A DNA stretch of 63,774 nucleotides, filler included, from Lama guanicoe (GCA_013239625.1; 154 parts of 154 records of this genome joined end to end with filler, not necessarily neighbours in it); one strand, 5' to 3'; shown: positions 23,910 to 36,869, counted from the whole stretch's first letter. The notes: generated by a model not told the origin, from the sequence alone. Numbers and translations are program-made.

Positions 23910-25059
23910 NNNNNNNNNNNNNNNNNNNNNNNNNNNNNNNNNNNNNNNNNNNNTTAATTAATTAANNNNNNNNNNNNNNNNNNNNNNNNNNNNNNNNNNN
24001 NNNNNNNNNCAATTAGAAGGTGTTGAGTACTTGCCTGGTTTGGGACGAACCAGGGTGCATGAGTGCTCTGTACCCAGGAGTCAGGCCCGGCCGTGTGTCT
24101 CCACATTTGGGCAGATACCAGCCGGTTTAAAGTGGTGCAGTCTTGAAATGGGTTTATAGTTGAACCTGGACGACTTGAGGAGTACAAACCTGGGGGTAGG
24201 ACCATCGGAAAAGATTGGGTTACATGGTGAGACGAAGTAACTCCTTTAAATGGGTCCACGTAGCTTGTTTGGATAAATAGCTGGAGTTGGTGTCAACCAT
24301 TTTCCTTTTCCCCAGACCTGTGTTNNNNNNNNNNNNNNNNNNNNNNNNNNNNNNNNNNNNNNNNNNNNTTAATTAATTAANNNNNNNNNNNNNNNNNNNN
24401 NNNNNNNNNNNNNNNNNNNNNNNNAGTTTCCTGAAGACTATGAATAATTGAGGGGGATCTCTCCAGATCTCCAACATTGCCTCCCTCAATGCCTCTGAAT
24501 CTCTCTTTCTCTGCCCCGCAGGTCTATGATCTGCAGTGTTCCACCCTCAGAAATCTAGCTGCCTCAGTGCCTTGGTCTTCTCAGACCCTCAACTTCATCT
24601 CCTCAACTCAGAGTCTACCAGGATCTTTTGAGGGATCCTTCTCTGTACCACAATATGGAAACATTTTAAAGGTAATAAATCAGAACAACCTTAGAGCTTC
24701 ACTTGTTCATTTCTCATCACTCAGCAATCACTGTCAATNNNNNNNNNNNNNNNNNNNNNNNNNNNNNNNNNNNNNNNNNNNNTTAATTAATTAANNNNNN
24801 NNNNNNNNNNNNNNNNNNNNNNNNNNNNNNNNNNNNNNCACTTTAGTAAATAAAATGAACTTTAAATCCTGCTCTGGAACATGATCACCTGGTGGGTTTT
24901 TGGAGAATGCCTTCACACTTCAACATGATCATTACAGGCATCTCCTCACTTACTATGCATTATTGCTTTTTAAAACAATGATTCTAGGAGCCATCATTGC
25001 AGCACGTTTGTGCTATCTCCAGGGATAGGAAGTAAATATATGCTTTGCAAGGCCAAAGA

Positions 25060-25153
25060 AGAAGAGAGAAAACAAACTAAAAGTATCAGCAATGAAAGAC
25101 TAGGTACCATTACAGATATTACAGTAATTAAGAGAATAATAAGGAATCAAACA
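25060..25153 (+). mobile_element. L1 ORF2 fragment
   Basis: AAGAGAGAAAACAAACTAAAAGTATCAGCAATGAAAG...CATTACAGAT...AGAATAATAAGG matches the IRNE..ITTD..IIR region. Confidence 0.7.
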
Positions 25154-25253
25154 NNNNNNNNNNNNNNNNNNNNNNNNNNNNNNNNNNNNNNNNNNNNTTA
25201 ATTAATTAANNNNNNNNNNNNNNNNNNNNNNNNNNNNNNNNNNNNNNNNNNNN

Positions 25254-25345
25254 TGGCAGAGTGCATGCTTAGCATGCATGAGGTCCTGGGTTCAATTCCC
25301 AGGACCTCTTCCAAAAATAAATAAATAAACTCCCTTAAAAAAATA
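25254..25345 (+). mobile_element. tRNA-Ala-derived SINE (camelid vic-1-like) with AAAT tail
   Basis: TGGCAGAGTGCATGCTTAGCATGCATGAGGTCCTGGGTTCAATTCCCAGGACCTC followed by AAAAATAAATAAATAAAC; same family as 7703-7765. Confidence 0.85.
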
Positions 25346-25834
25346 TATAAAAGTTAAAGAAAGAATACTCAAGTTGGAATATTGCACTCGACCAGTGGTT
25401 TTCCACTGCGAATTTTTCCACAAAGAATTTTAAGATTATCTTAGAAAGATCTAACTCAGTAATTTATTATATAAAATACACAAGAGTACAATTATTTTTT
25501 CTTACTTTTAAAAACAAAGGAAAACCTAGCTGGCTACCTCTACTTTTTTTTTTTTTTTTTTTTTGTNNNNNNNNNNNNNNNNNNNNNNNNNNNNNNNNNN
25601 NNNNNNNNNNTTAATTAATTAANNNNNNNNNNNNNNNNNNNNNNNNNNNNNNNNNNNNNNNNNNNNTTACAAATTATGGGAAATGCTATTTAAAAATAAC
25701 AAAATGAGTCAATGAGAGTGAAAAATACAAGGACTGTATTTAGGCTGAGGGAAGACAGGGAACCTTTTTGAAGAGCTGACACTCCACTGAGACCAAAAGG
25801 ACAATGCTGGTGCTGCAGATGAAGGGCAGGGGCA

Positions 25835-25981
25835 CACTGATAGAGGGCTGGTATCCAGAATATACCAAAATCTCTTTAAACTCTACAAGAAGAATGAATA
25901 ATCTGATTAAAAAATGAGCAAAATGCCTGAATACACACCTCATCAAAGAAGAAATCTAGATGCCAAAGAAGTCTATGGAAA
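25835..25981 (+). mobile_element. L1 ORF2 fragment
   Basis: CTGATAGAGGGCTGGTATCCAGAATATAC...AAAAAATGAGCAAAATGCCTGAATACACACCTCATCAAAGAAG. Confidence 0.8.
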
Positions 25982-26969
25982 NNNNNNNNNNNNNNNNNNN
26001 NNNNNNNNNNNNNNNNNNNNNNNNNTTAATTAATTAANNNNNNNNNNNNNNNNNNNNNNNNNNNNNNNNNNNNNNNNNNNNTTTGAGAGATTTTTATCCT
26101 TTACATATTCCAGTTCAACTTAAAATATTGTGCAATTGCCAAACCTCATATTTAAAATATGTGCTTATCATTCAACTCAGGGTAATATTAGCACACTGAA
26201 AACTGCATTCTAATTAATAAATCAGAGCCCTAAACACTGAAACATCATTCACACATATGAGATGGCAATAGTGAGAGCTATTAAAAGTAGTAGCATGCTG
26301 TCACCCTTCCAGGGAATATGGAAATTTGCCTTTTTGGGGGTTGTTGGTCTACATTATTTATCAATGTTTGGCTTTAATATATGGATTTACTCAACANNNN
26401 NNNNNNNNNNNNNNNNNNNNNNNNNNNNNNNNNNNNNNNNTTAATTAATTAANNNNNNNNNNNNNNNNNNNNNNNNNNNNNNNNNNNNNNNNNNNNGGCT
26501 ACTCCACTATAAGTCTTTAGAATTCAATTAAAAAAAACCTGTCATCTCAACCCACATAACTGGCGCCCTGCGTGCCTAGCCTGGGTATGCTCAGTTCTGA
26601 AAACGCCCTGTGGTCCTGGCTGTCAGAGGCGGGGGTGTGTGTCCGCGTGTCTGTGTGTGTGCACGCGCGCACGTGCGAGTGAATGCACATGAGCTCCTCG
26701 GAGGGGCACGTGCATTTTGAGGCTGCCTCTGGCACAGGGTCTTTTTCTAGCTTCATTTCCCGGGTACTTTCTATATTTAAAAGCTATTGCTTTTCTCTTC
26801 TTAACCCTTGCNNNNNNNNNNNNNNNNNNNNNNNNNNNNNNNNNNNNNNNNNNNNTTAATTAATTAANNNNNNNNNNNNNNNNNNNNNNNNNNNNNNNNN
26901 NNNNNNNNNNNCCCACTTATCATGGCTCTGTGTGTGTGTATGAATGTGTATGTGTTGGCTCACAAAGAT

Positions 26970-27225
26970 ATTTGTGTAGTCAGTTTACAATGTTGTGTCA
27001 CTTTCTAGTGCACAGTATAATGTTTCAGTCATACATATACATATGTACATTTGTTATTATATTCCTTTTTATATAGATTACTACAAGATACTGAATATAG
27101 TTTCCTGTGCCATACAGTACAAACTTGTTTATCTGTTTTATATATAGTAGTTGTTATCTGCAAACCCTGAGCTCCGAATTTATCATTTTCAGAACAGAAA
27201 CAGACTCACAGACAGAGAAACAAAC
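26970..27225 (-). mobile_element. L1 3' end with inverted 5' piece (junction ~27184)
   Basis: Minus-strand L1 3' UTR (GTAGTCAGTTTACAATGTTG...CTCCGAATTTATC) switches to plus-strand CAGAACAGAAACAGACTCACAGAC. Confidence 0.85.
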
Positions 27226-27376
27226 NNNNNNNNNNNNNNNNNNNNNNNNNNNNNNNNNNNNNNNNNNNNTTAATTAATTAANNNNNNNNNNNNNNNNNNN
27301 NNNNNNNNNNNNNNNNNNNNNNNNNCAGTTTAATGGCAAACTCAGTGTGGTGCTGATAAATATTAATTTCTGGTTT

Positions 27377-27560
27377 AGACCAACTCTCTGGTTATTTGAC
27401 ACATGGTATTATGAAGGCCAAGTTTGCAAAGTCTGATTCCCCATGAAGAGCAGTCAACTTTAGGAAGCAAGAACTTTAGGAGTGTCCAAGACGTGTACCC
27501 ACGAGTAGCCAGCCTTTGCTAGTCTGTGCTTATAATGGGAAATAGACAAGAGCCTCACTA
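27377..27560 (+). mobile_element. Possible ancient tRNA-derived SINE (MamSINE1-like), highly degenerate
   Basis: CATGGTATTATGAAGGCCAAG...TCTGATTCCCCATG...CAGTCAACTTT...TGTACCC...GCCAGCC loosely follows the recalled MamSINE1 consensus. Confidence 0.4.
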
Positions 27561-28570
27561 TAACTAGATGATCACATTCATTCCATGTGCCCTTACATAT
27601 GGCAACACTCATCTTGCTCTTTGCACACCTAGTGTGTAGTNNNNNNNNNNNNNNNNNNNNNNNNNNNNNNNNNNNNNNNNNNNNTTAATTAATTAANNNN
27701 NNNNNNNNNNNNNNNNNNNNNNNNNNNNNNNNNNNNNNNNGCATGTGGACTCCGCCACACACGTCCTAGGGAGGGTACAAACATAACAATCAGAACCCTT
27801 TCCAGAACTGGCCCTGGGGAGAGTTCTTAGAACACAGCTGATTGCAGAGATAGTAAGCAACTGCCCTGGGCTACATGATCACTTACTCCTATGTGGACAG
27901 GCCAGGAAGAGCCCAAAGGGTGTTTATATCCCCAAAATGAGTGACTGCTCAGTCATCTCTGCCTGCAAGGTGGTGATACCAAGTGTGTGTTCAGGAAGCC
28001 AAACCTAATTGTAATCACGAATGAGCTCATTTCCAACCTCCTGGGCACACACACCNNNNNNNNNNNNNNNNNNNNNNNNNNNNNNNNNNNNNNNNNNNNT
28101 TAATTAATTAANNNNNNNNNNNNNNNNNNNNNNNNNNNNNNNNNNNNNNNNNNNNTCAGAAAGCAGAACTTCTCAATTTAGGTGGGGAAGGGTAAGGATT
28201 GAGATCACATGTTTAGTTGTCACTATGAAGTCCTCGTCACTATGATCACTGAGGCTGACTTACGCAGCTGTAAAGCATGCAGTATGCACTCAGCAGTTTA
28301 GAGGTGCCTGTATTCTACTAGTCTGCACTAATTCAATGGCCAACACTAGGTTGAACACACACTACTGAGAAATAAAAATAAAATGCTAGTATTTGGTGCA
28401 ATGGTGAAATGTGATGCATCGGGGAGGAAGACAAAGCTTGTAGGAACTGAAGTATTATAACCAACACAGGNNNNNNNNNNNNNNNNNNNNNNNNNNNNNN
28501 NNNNNNNNNNNNNNTTAATTAATTAANNNNNNNNNNNNNNNNNNNNNNNNNNNNNNNNNNNNNNNNNNNN

Positions 28571-28800
28571 CACATACCAAGAATAAAAATCAGAATGGCT
28601 TTGGATTTCCACACAGCAACACTGGAAACTAAAAGCAATAGCGCAATTTCTAAAATTCTGAGTGAAAATGATTTCCAAACTAAAATCTATGCCCAAAATA
28701 TCAATCTAGGAATAAGGGTAGAATATGCCTTTAAAAACTGGTCCTCAGGAAGCTACTAGAAAATGGGCTCCACCAAAAGGGAGGAATAAAGCAAGAAAGA
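28571..28800 (+). mobile_element. Old L1 ORF1-like fragment
   Basis: AATCAGAATGGCTTTGGATTTCC...CAGCAACACTGGAAACTA...AAAATTCTGAGTGAAAATGATTTCCAAACTAAAAT matches the ORF1p IR...DFS..TL and F.PRI motifs. Confidence 0.75.
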
Positions 28801-28985
28801 GGAAGACACAGAAGCCAGGAAATGGGAGAGAAAACGAGAAGTTCCAAGATGACAGATGTGTAGTTCAGACTGGAAAGGCCAAAGANNNNNNNNNNNNNNN
28901 NNNNNNNNNNNNNNNNNNNNNNNNNNNNNTTAATTAATTAANNNNNNNNNNNNNNNNNNNNNNNNNNNNNNNNNNNNNNNNNNNN

Positions 28986-29300
28986 CTGGCCAATGCCAAA
29001 CTTGTGCCAAAGACTCTGCACCTTGCCAACTTAACCTTCTGCCTCAAGGCACTCAGGCCATGTCTGAGCTCTGCCAAGTGCTCACCACACCTCAGCAGCA
29101 AATAAAGCAGGTAATAATCAATGCCGTGGCCTCGCAGCCACCCAAAAAGTTGTCATGGGTCCAGGTGGTGTCCTCCCTGCAGAGTTCTGTGATGGAAGCT
29201 TTCACCAAGGTGCTGCGCAGCATCAGCCCAGTCCCAGCTTACATCCCCAACCTCAGTCCTCCTGCCAACACGAGCATCACATTATAAACCCGTGGGTACA
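28986..29300 (+). pseudogene. ZNF532: Disabled copy of zinc finger protein 532 coding sequence
   Basis: LANAKLVPKTLHLAN / NLLPQGTQAMSELCQVLTTPQQQIKQVIINAVASQPPKKLSWVQVVSSLQSSVMEAFTKVLRSISPVPAYIPNLSPPANTSITL*TRGY matches recalled ZNF532 (...VSRVQVVSSLQSSVVEAFNKVLSSVNPVPVYIPNLSPPANAGITLPTRGYKC). Frameshift near 29030 and in-frame TAA at 29285-29287. Confidence 0.85.
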
Positions 29301-29815
29301 NNNNNNNNNNNNNNNNNNNNNNNNNNNNNNNNNNNNNNNNNNNNTTAATTAATTAANNNNNNNNNNNNNNNNNNNNNNNNNNNNNNNNNNNNNNNNNNNN
29401 GGGGAAAAAAAAAATTCAAACCAAGACAATAGAACTATTCATTGTGGAAAAATTACCGAAACAAAAAGCACCATATTGTGTTTAGGTTTGAGGAAAACTA
29501 GGAATGGTCTAGATTCACAACACCTGACGCCTCAGAACGAGGAACAAGTGAAATTGTTTATCTTCGTCATCGAATGTGCAGACGTTACACCGAATTTGAG
29601 AGTTATTGTAATTTTCACAATTGTGATTGTTTTATATTTGTATATAATTACTTAAAACATGATTTGTCAAGTTATTATATTGTATAGCCAAGATACACGT
29701 ACTTTTCTATATGTTNNNNNNNNNNNNNNNNNNNNNNNNNNNNNNNNNNNNNNNNNNNNTTAATTAATTAANNNNNNNNNNNNNNNNNNNNNNNNNNNNN
29801 NNNNNNNNNNNNNNN

Positions 29816-30120
29816 TCAAATATTTGTCCTTTTCATCTACATTGCCAAATTCCTTGGCATAAAGTTGTTCAAAAAATATTTCTTATTATCCTTTAATCAC
29901 CTATAGCAATGTGTAGTATTTTCATATCTTTCATTTCTGATATTGATAATTTGTTTTATTTTCTCTTTACAAACAGATCAGTTTTATTGATCTAAGAATA
30001 GCTTTTGCTTTCCTAGACTTTCTTTGTTTTTCTGTTTTTTCTCACTAAGTCCCACTCTGAACCTTATTATTTCCTTTCTTCTATTAATTTGCCTTTGATT
30101 TGCTCTTCTTTTTCCAGGTT
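29816..30120 (-). mobile_element. Old L1 ORF2 fragment
   Basis: TTGGCATAAAGTTGTTCA...TTTCATTTCTGATATTGATAATTTG...TTATTATTTCCTTTCTTCT. Confidence 0.75.
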
Positions 30121-31094
30121 TTTTTTTTTTNNNNNNNNNNNNNNNNNNNNNNNNNNNNNNNNNNNNNNNNNNNNTTAATTAATTAANNNNNNNNNNNNNN
30201 NNNNNNNNNNNNNNNNNNNNNNNNNNNNNNAAGTTTACTCCCAGGAATTCAGTCTAAATATACATTTTTACACGTAGGTAAGGATGAATGCATAAAATGT
30301 ACAACACAACACTGTAGTTTACAATGGAAATCCTAGTAGTCAAGTATAAATCCTAAAACTAAGTGTGTTTAAGAGCTCTTCTAGCAGTAGTATACTCGAT
30401 AGTTTGTATCCTTTTCTGATTGGGTATAACTTCTTTATGTATCATCCAACAAAATCATGTCTGTCCCCCTGAATCTTCACAGCCCTCAACTCACCACGGT
30501 ACTCTAGGGTGATACGGGGTACCAGCTTTACAGCATTTCTTAACANNNNNNNNNNNNNNNNNNNNNNNNNNNNNNNNNNNNNNNNNNNNTTAATTAATTA
30601 ANNNNNNNNNNNNNNNNNNNNNNNNNNNNNNNNNNNNNNNNNNNNTTACCATTAAAAAAATTTTAGTGGTCTGTAGAAAATTGATTTTGGATGGGATCAA
30701 AGCAGAGTGTGAAATACTCCTTCTTCCCAATGTCCTCGAAACTGGAATATACTCAGTGGACCGATTGTCTCTGTCCAAAGTACAGGAGAGGAATCCCATT
30801 TCCAGTGCCATTCAAAGCAAACCAACATGCCATTCTTTTCTATCGACGCTTCTTATCGAGAAAATACGGTAGGTGCGGGCAGCCGGGTTGTAATTGCAGG
30901 GGGCGCAGCTGGTGTTTGTCAGGCTGGCGTGCTCTCCCTGCTTCGGAGACTCCCTCTCTCNNNNNNNNNNNNNNNNNNNNNNNNNNNNNNNNNNNNNNNN
31001 NNNNTTAATTAATTAANNNNNNNNNNNNNNNNNNNNNNNNNNNNNNNNNNNNNNNNNNNNAAAAAATATAACCCTCTACCGAATAGAACTTTCC

Positions 31095-31215
31095 TACATT
31101 GTAAGATGTTGGCTAGTAACCTGAGCACTGTTGCCAGCTAACTGTGGGCTCCTATACAAGTCTCTTCTTAATATTCAGTCTCAGTTTCCTCATCTGCCAA
31201 GGAAGGAGTGGCATT
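31095..31215 (+). mobile_element. MIR SINE fragment
   Basis: CAGCTAACTGTGGG...ACAAGTC...TCAGTCTCAGTTTCCTCATCTG is the MIR core. Confidence 0.6.
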
Positions 31216-31475
31216 CACATCCTTTGGGGAGGGACAAACAGCACTGCACAGATGTTAAGGTCATGGGCCCAAACTTTCATGCAGGCAGATCTGAGTGAAG
31301 CCTAATTTTCAAAAAGTGTGAAAGGATCTGGTTTTGGACAAATGACTTCATGCCTATAGACACAGCTCTGTGTGTNNNNNNNNNNNNNNNNNNNNNNNNN
31401 NNNNNNNNNNNNNNNNNNNTTAATTAATTAANNNNNNNNNNNNNNNNNNNNNNNNNNNNNNNNNNNNNNNNNNNN

Positions 31476-31789
31476 GGAAATTAAACCTTTGTCAGTCTCA
31501 TCTTTTGCAAATATTTTCTCCCATCCTGTAGGCTGTCATTTTGTTCTGCTTATGGTTTCCTTTGCTGTGCAAAAGCCTATGAGTTCAGTTTCATCCCGTT
31601 TGTCTGTTTATTTTTGCCTTTATTTCTATTGCTTGTGTAGACTGCCTTAGGAAAACATTGCTGACATGTACGTCAGATCGTGTTTTGCCCGTGTTTTCTT
31701 CTGAGAGGTGTATAGTGTCTTGTTTTGTGTTAAGTCTTTCAGCCAGTTTGCGTTTATTTTTGTGTGTGGTGTGAGGGAGCATTCTGACT
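31476..31789 (-). mobile_element. L1 ORF2 fragment
   Basis: TTTGCAAATATTTTCTCCCATCCTGTAGGCTGTC...TTTCCTTTGCTGTGCAAAAGC. Confidence 0.92.
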
Positions 31790-33134
31790 NNNNNNNNNNN
31801 NNNNNNNNNNNNNNNNNNNNNNNNNNNNNNNNNTTAATTAATTAANNNNNNNNNNNNNNNNNNNNNNNNNNNNNNNNNNNNNNNNNNNNAGGAAATTAGG
31901 TACCTAAAGGAGCTTCTTAATTCTGTCAAATATTAAGTTAGAAGCCAAAGCCACCAGCTTCAGATCTCTAAATTCTTCACTTATTACTAAAAACAGCATT
32001 AGGGGCCAGGGAGCCTGGGCTTTCCCTGCACTTTTGTAAGACTTTCCTCCGTCTTAGCTGAGTTAACTCAAAATCTATATGGGACTCAGTCAAACTGTTA
32101 TGAATCCAATAAGAAGACATCTGCATTCTGGGTTACAGGCACAAGAAAAATGCTATAATAGTTTAAAAAAGAAACTCACATCTCCCATTAAAGGTGTATT
32201 AATTNNNNNNNNNNNNNNNNNNNNNNNNNNNNNNNNNNNNNNNNNNNNTTAATTAATTAANNNNNNNNNNNNNNNNNNNNNNNNNNNNNNNNNNNNNNNN
32301 NNNNCAGACCAGGGTATATTTAACTCCTGTATAGCATTGAGGGTTGTTGTATGTATCACTGTGGTACAATAGTATTGCTGACATCATCTTGTTCAATGAT
32401 TATAAAGAACTTTTGATTTAAAATAATCAATTTTATTGAAAAATATTTTAGAATAGTTTGTTGCTAAGAATGAGTAACAAAGTAATGTGAAACTATGTTA
32501 TTTAACTTTTTATTGACGTATACTTGATTTACAATATTGTATTAGTTTATACATTCTTTTTCATTGCAGGTTACTACAAGCCATTGGCTACAGATCCCTG
32601 AGGGACCTTGTTTTTTTTTNNNNNNNNNNNNNNNNNNNNNNNNNNNNNNNNNNNNNNNNNNNNTTAATTAATTAANNNNNNNNNNNNNNNNNNNNNNNNN
32701 NNNNNNNNNNNNNNNNNNNGTTCCTGAGATGCACTCTGGGAATCTATTCTAGGGGTAGAATTTGCCTTAGGTGCGGACTCAGAAGTTGTTTTGGGGCAAC
32801 CTGAGGTCTCTATCTTCTGTGGGCAGGTGCCCTCAGGCTGTGTTGCCACCTGAACCCCACTTCACTCTAGGAGAGTGAGTCTTGGGGTTGCCTGCAGACC
32901 CGCCCACCTGCCCTTCTCTCTGCTATTTCCAGCTGCTCTCCATACGTGCTCCCTGATCCCTGTTGACTCGCTCTGTGATAAGTGTCACACATCACTTTCT
33001 AGTGTGCCATCCAGTTCACATTAGTGTATCGACTNNNNNNNNNNNNNNNNNNNNNNNNNNNNNNNNNNNNNNNNNNNNTTAATTAATTAANNNNNNNNNN
33101 NNNNNNNNNNNNNNNNNNNNNNNNNNNNNNNNNN

Positions 33135-33449
33135 TGACTATATACCCAAAACTAGATTGCTGGATCATATGGTAGCTCTATTTGGACTTTTTTAAGGACC
33201 TTCTATAATGTTTTCCATAATGGATGTGCCAATTTATATTCTCACCACTAGTATACAAGGGTTTCCTTTTCTCCACACCCTAGACAACTTTTATTAACAT
33301 CTGTCTTTTTGATGATAGCCATTGTAACAGGTATGAGGTCATACGTCACTGTGATTTTTATTCTCATTTCCCTGATGATCAGTGATGTTGAGCATGTTTT
33401 CATGTACTTGTTGGTCACTTGTATTTCTTCTTCTGAGAAATGTGTATCC
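33135..33449 (-). mobile_element. L1 ORF2 C-terminal fragment
   Basis: ATTGCTGGATCATATGGTAGCTCTATT...GATGATAGCCATT...GTGATGTTGAGCATGTTTTCATGTAC. Confidence 0.92.
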
Positions 33450-34071
33450 NNNNNNNNNNNNNNNNNNNNNNNNNNNNNNNNNNNNNNNNNNNNTTAATTA
33501 ATTAANNNNNNNNNNNNNNNNNNNNNNNNNNNNNNNNNNNNNNNNNNNNTGGGAATGTGCTGCCGTAGGCAAGATGGAAAAAAGAGCCACAAGCCCACCC
33601 ACCCCCTCACAGCTTCCCGACCCTCCCATAATAGAGTCACTAAAACGTTTTGCTGCCCTAGGCAACCACCTGCTCTTCCTGTGAAATCCGTCCCTGGCAC
33701 GACTTAATTCAGCTCAGCCCGTGAATCCGTATCACAAGCAGACAATCTAAGGTCAGGGCGGAAAACGAAGCAAACGCATTCTAATATCAAACGGAACGTC
33801 CGCCCCTCCCAGCTAGACTGCTCCGCACTCTTCTTGTGAAACCACGGAAACTCTGGGGTTTTTTNNNNNNNNNNNNNNNNNNNNNNNNNNNNNNNNNNNN
33901 NNNNNNNNTTAATTAATTAANNNNNNNNNNNNNNNNNNNNNNNNNNNNNNNNNNNNNNNNNNNNGGAAAAAAATGATGAAGTCATTTGTGAACATATATT
34001 TAAAAATCCTAAATGGACTTACTGCAAAAATGTATCTAATAATGTAGAGTTTTTATCTTTTAAAGTCATGA

Positions 34072-34279
34072 TGTGTAGCAGATCACTAGTAGTGAACCCA
34101 GTGTTTCTTCATGACTAATGGGATCGCTGCAATTTTCATGATGTCTGTGTGCCCAGCTAAAAAGCTGCATTTCTGCATCTTTGTTGTAGTTGAGTGTGAT
34201 CATGCTATAAATTCTGAGTAATGAAATGGAAATAGAAGTTGCTGAGAGGGTGTAATGGGAATGTTCTTCAGAAGGAAAA
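34072..34279 (+). mobile_element. Possible ancient ERVL/MaLR LTR (LTR33/LTR16-like)
   Basis: GTGCCCAGCTAAAAAGCTGCATTTC...GTGTGATCATG...AATTCTGAGTAATGAAATGGAAATAGAAGT resembles the recalled LTR33-type motif. Confidence 0.5.
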
Positions 34280-35404
34280 NNNNNNNNNNNNNNNNNNNNN
34301 NNNNNNNNNNNNNNNNNNNNNNNTTAATTAATTAANNNNNNNNNNNNNNNNNNNNNNNNNNNNNNNNNNNNNNNNNNNNCATTATTGTTTTGTTTAAACC
34401 AAGGGAAATATGAATTAAATCAAGAGTATAAGGGCAGGATGGGACTAGTTCAAAGACAGAACCAAGAAGATGAATTAAAATGGAGCCAGAGCAAAAGCAA
34501 AGCTCCATATTGCTGGCCCTTTTCTGGGGAGCTTTCTTGCAGGAGGAAGAAAGTCTCAGACCTGAGTCAGCTTGATCAGTACATGCCTCTTCCTTGTGAA
34601 CAGAGGGCAGCCCACTCCATCTCATAGTCAACTGCATTCCACTGGTTGCTTGGTTTTTATGATATGGTATGACAGATTTCCTCAAAGTCAGTGGNNNNNN
34701 NNNNNNNNNNNNNNNNNNNNNNNNNNNNNNNNNNNNNNTTAATTAATTAANNNNNNNNNNNNNNNNNNNNNNNNNNNNNNNNNNNNNNNNNNNNTTAGAA
34801 TATCTTCATTTTACTAGAATGTTTGAGCCTTAATGAAGCAGTTCAAATGACCTCTACTTAAGCTCAGACAAAATATTCACACCATATTGTCAACTGACCT
34901 CGTTATCATCTTCTTATCCTTCAAAGACTAATTTCCTGCCAATTTGGATTAAATTTCAATTGCATAATTACCAAGAACCTCAGGAATCTCTATACCCATG
35001 GCAGTCTTAAAAAAAGACCTTTAATTTTGCTTAATCACTTTCTTGTCCACAAGGACTGAGTTGTGGGATGTCTGCCCTGTATCCTTAGAACTTAGAGGAT
35101 AAAAAAAAANNNNNNNNNNNNNNNNNNNNNNNNNNNNNNNNNNNNNNNNNNNNTTAATTAATTAANNNNNNNNNNNNNNNNNNNNNNNNNNNNNNNNNNN
35201 NNNNNNNNNGTATGTGTCTTTTGTATTTTTAATGCAGGAAAAAAATTTTTAAAAAACCAGTATTCACTTTCAGTTTCAAAACTAGGCAGTTGATTCCACT
35301 GTGACACAATAATTATGAGAAAGCCGGGCTTTTCCTAAAGAGAAAGTGAGAAATTCTAAAATTCTAAAAGTTTCCACAAATTTGGCTAATTCAGATCATA
35401 AAAG

Positions 35405-35524
35405 CTCAGGATTTGTAGATACACACTGCTGTATACAAACCAGATAAGCAACAGGTCCTACTGTAGAGCACAGGGAACCATATTCAATACCTTTTAATGG
35501 CCTATAATGAAAAAGAATATGAAA
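35405..35524 (+). mobile_element. L1 3' UTR fragment
   Basis: CAGATAAGCAACAGGTCCTACTGTAGAGCACAGGGAACCATATTCAATACC...TATAATGAAAAAGAATATGAAA. Confidence 0.85.
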
Positions 35525-36869
35525 NNNNNNNNNNNNNNNNNNNNNNNNNNNNNNNNNNNNNNNNNNNNTTAATTAATTAANNNNNNNNNNNNNNNNNNNN
35601 NNNNNNNNNNNNNNNNNNNNNNNNTTTTTTTATTTTGGGGGAGATAATTAGGTTTATTTATTTTTTCAAGACTCCTAATTTACTATTGACTAGGATACTT
35701 TACAACTCTGCAGCACATGTTAAGCTGCAGAAAATTGATTCAATGCAAATGAGTTTTGTCTGGTACAGATGCAAATGATGTCTCTCTGGTAGAAGAGATA
35801 ACCCCAAAGTTTACACTTTCATCATCCGACGAGACATGAATCCGCCTTGTACCTAATTTAGCAATCTCACTAGAACATTATTTCTTTCAGTGACTATAAA
35901 TACTTCTGTCTTTCCCATAGTCCTTTGAAGCAAGGTTACNNNNNNNNNNNNNNNNNNNNNNNNNNNNNNNNNNNNNNNNNNNNTTAATTAATTAANNNNN
36001 NNNNNNNNNNNNNNNNNNNNNNNNNNNNNNNNNNNNNNNTCTTAGATATTCGGAAAGGTACTTATTACCATGAGAGAATCATTTTTTTAAAAAAAATTAA
36101 TCACGGGACAAGACAGAACGTGGATCCCTCCATTTCTAGTGGTTCGTCCCCTACTGTGGATCAGAGCGTAAGCCTGCCGTCACGAGCCGTGTTCACGGAG
36201 CCCACGCGCTCAAGGCACGACTTGCGGGACGCGTCGTAGGACAGGGAGCACCTAAGGGGACCGAGCGCGGATCCGCACTGATTCCCTAGCAGGCGCCAGA
36301 AGGCGAGGCAGGTCCAGGCGAGCCTTCTGCGGCTGAGGTCCCCTGAGAAATGTCNNNNNNNNNNNNNNNNNNNNNNNNNNNNNNNNNNNNNNNNNNNNTT
36401 AATTAATTAANNNNNNNNNNNNNNNNNNNNNNNNNNNNNNNNNNNNNNNNNNNNACAGCTTTCCTTCAACCACCCAACCTTTTAACCACCTCCAATGACA
36501 TGGGAAAACTAATGCTCCAAACATACCACAATGATCCTTAACTTTGTGTCTTTACACATGCTGTTGTTTTTTCTGCCTGTTGAACTCCTATGCATCCTTC
36601 AAAACCTAAAATTCACACCATCTGAAGCTATTGTGAGGGCTTTCTTGACTTCACCCATGAACAAAGGTTCATCCTACCTCCACAGTGTTGTTTCTGCATC
36701 CAGCATACCAGCGCTCCTCCAAGCATGAACATCCTGCATAAGAATTACCCAGAGTGCTTACTAAAATTANNNNNNNNNNNNNNNNNNNNNNNNNNNNNNN
36801 NNNNNNNNNNNNNTTAATTAATTAANNNNNNNNNNNNNNNNNNNNNNNNNNNNNNNNNNNNNNNNNNNN

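Noticed and set aside
26636..26690. Alternating purine-pyrimidine tract with Z-DNA potential
   Set aside because: A degenerate (TG/CG)n microsatellite, common in mammalian DNA.
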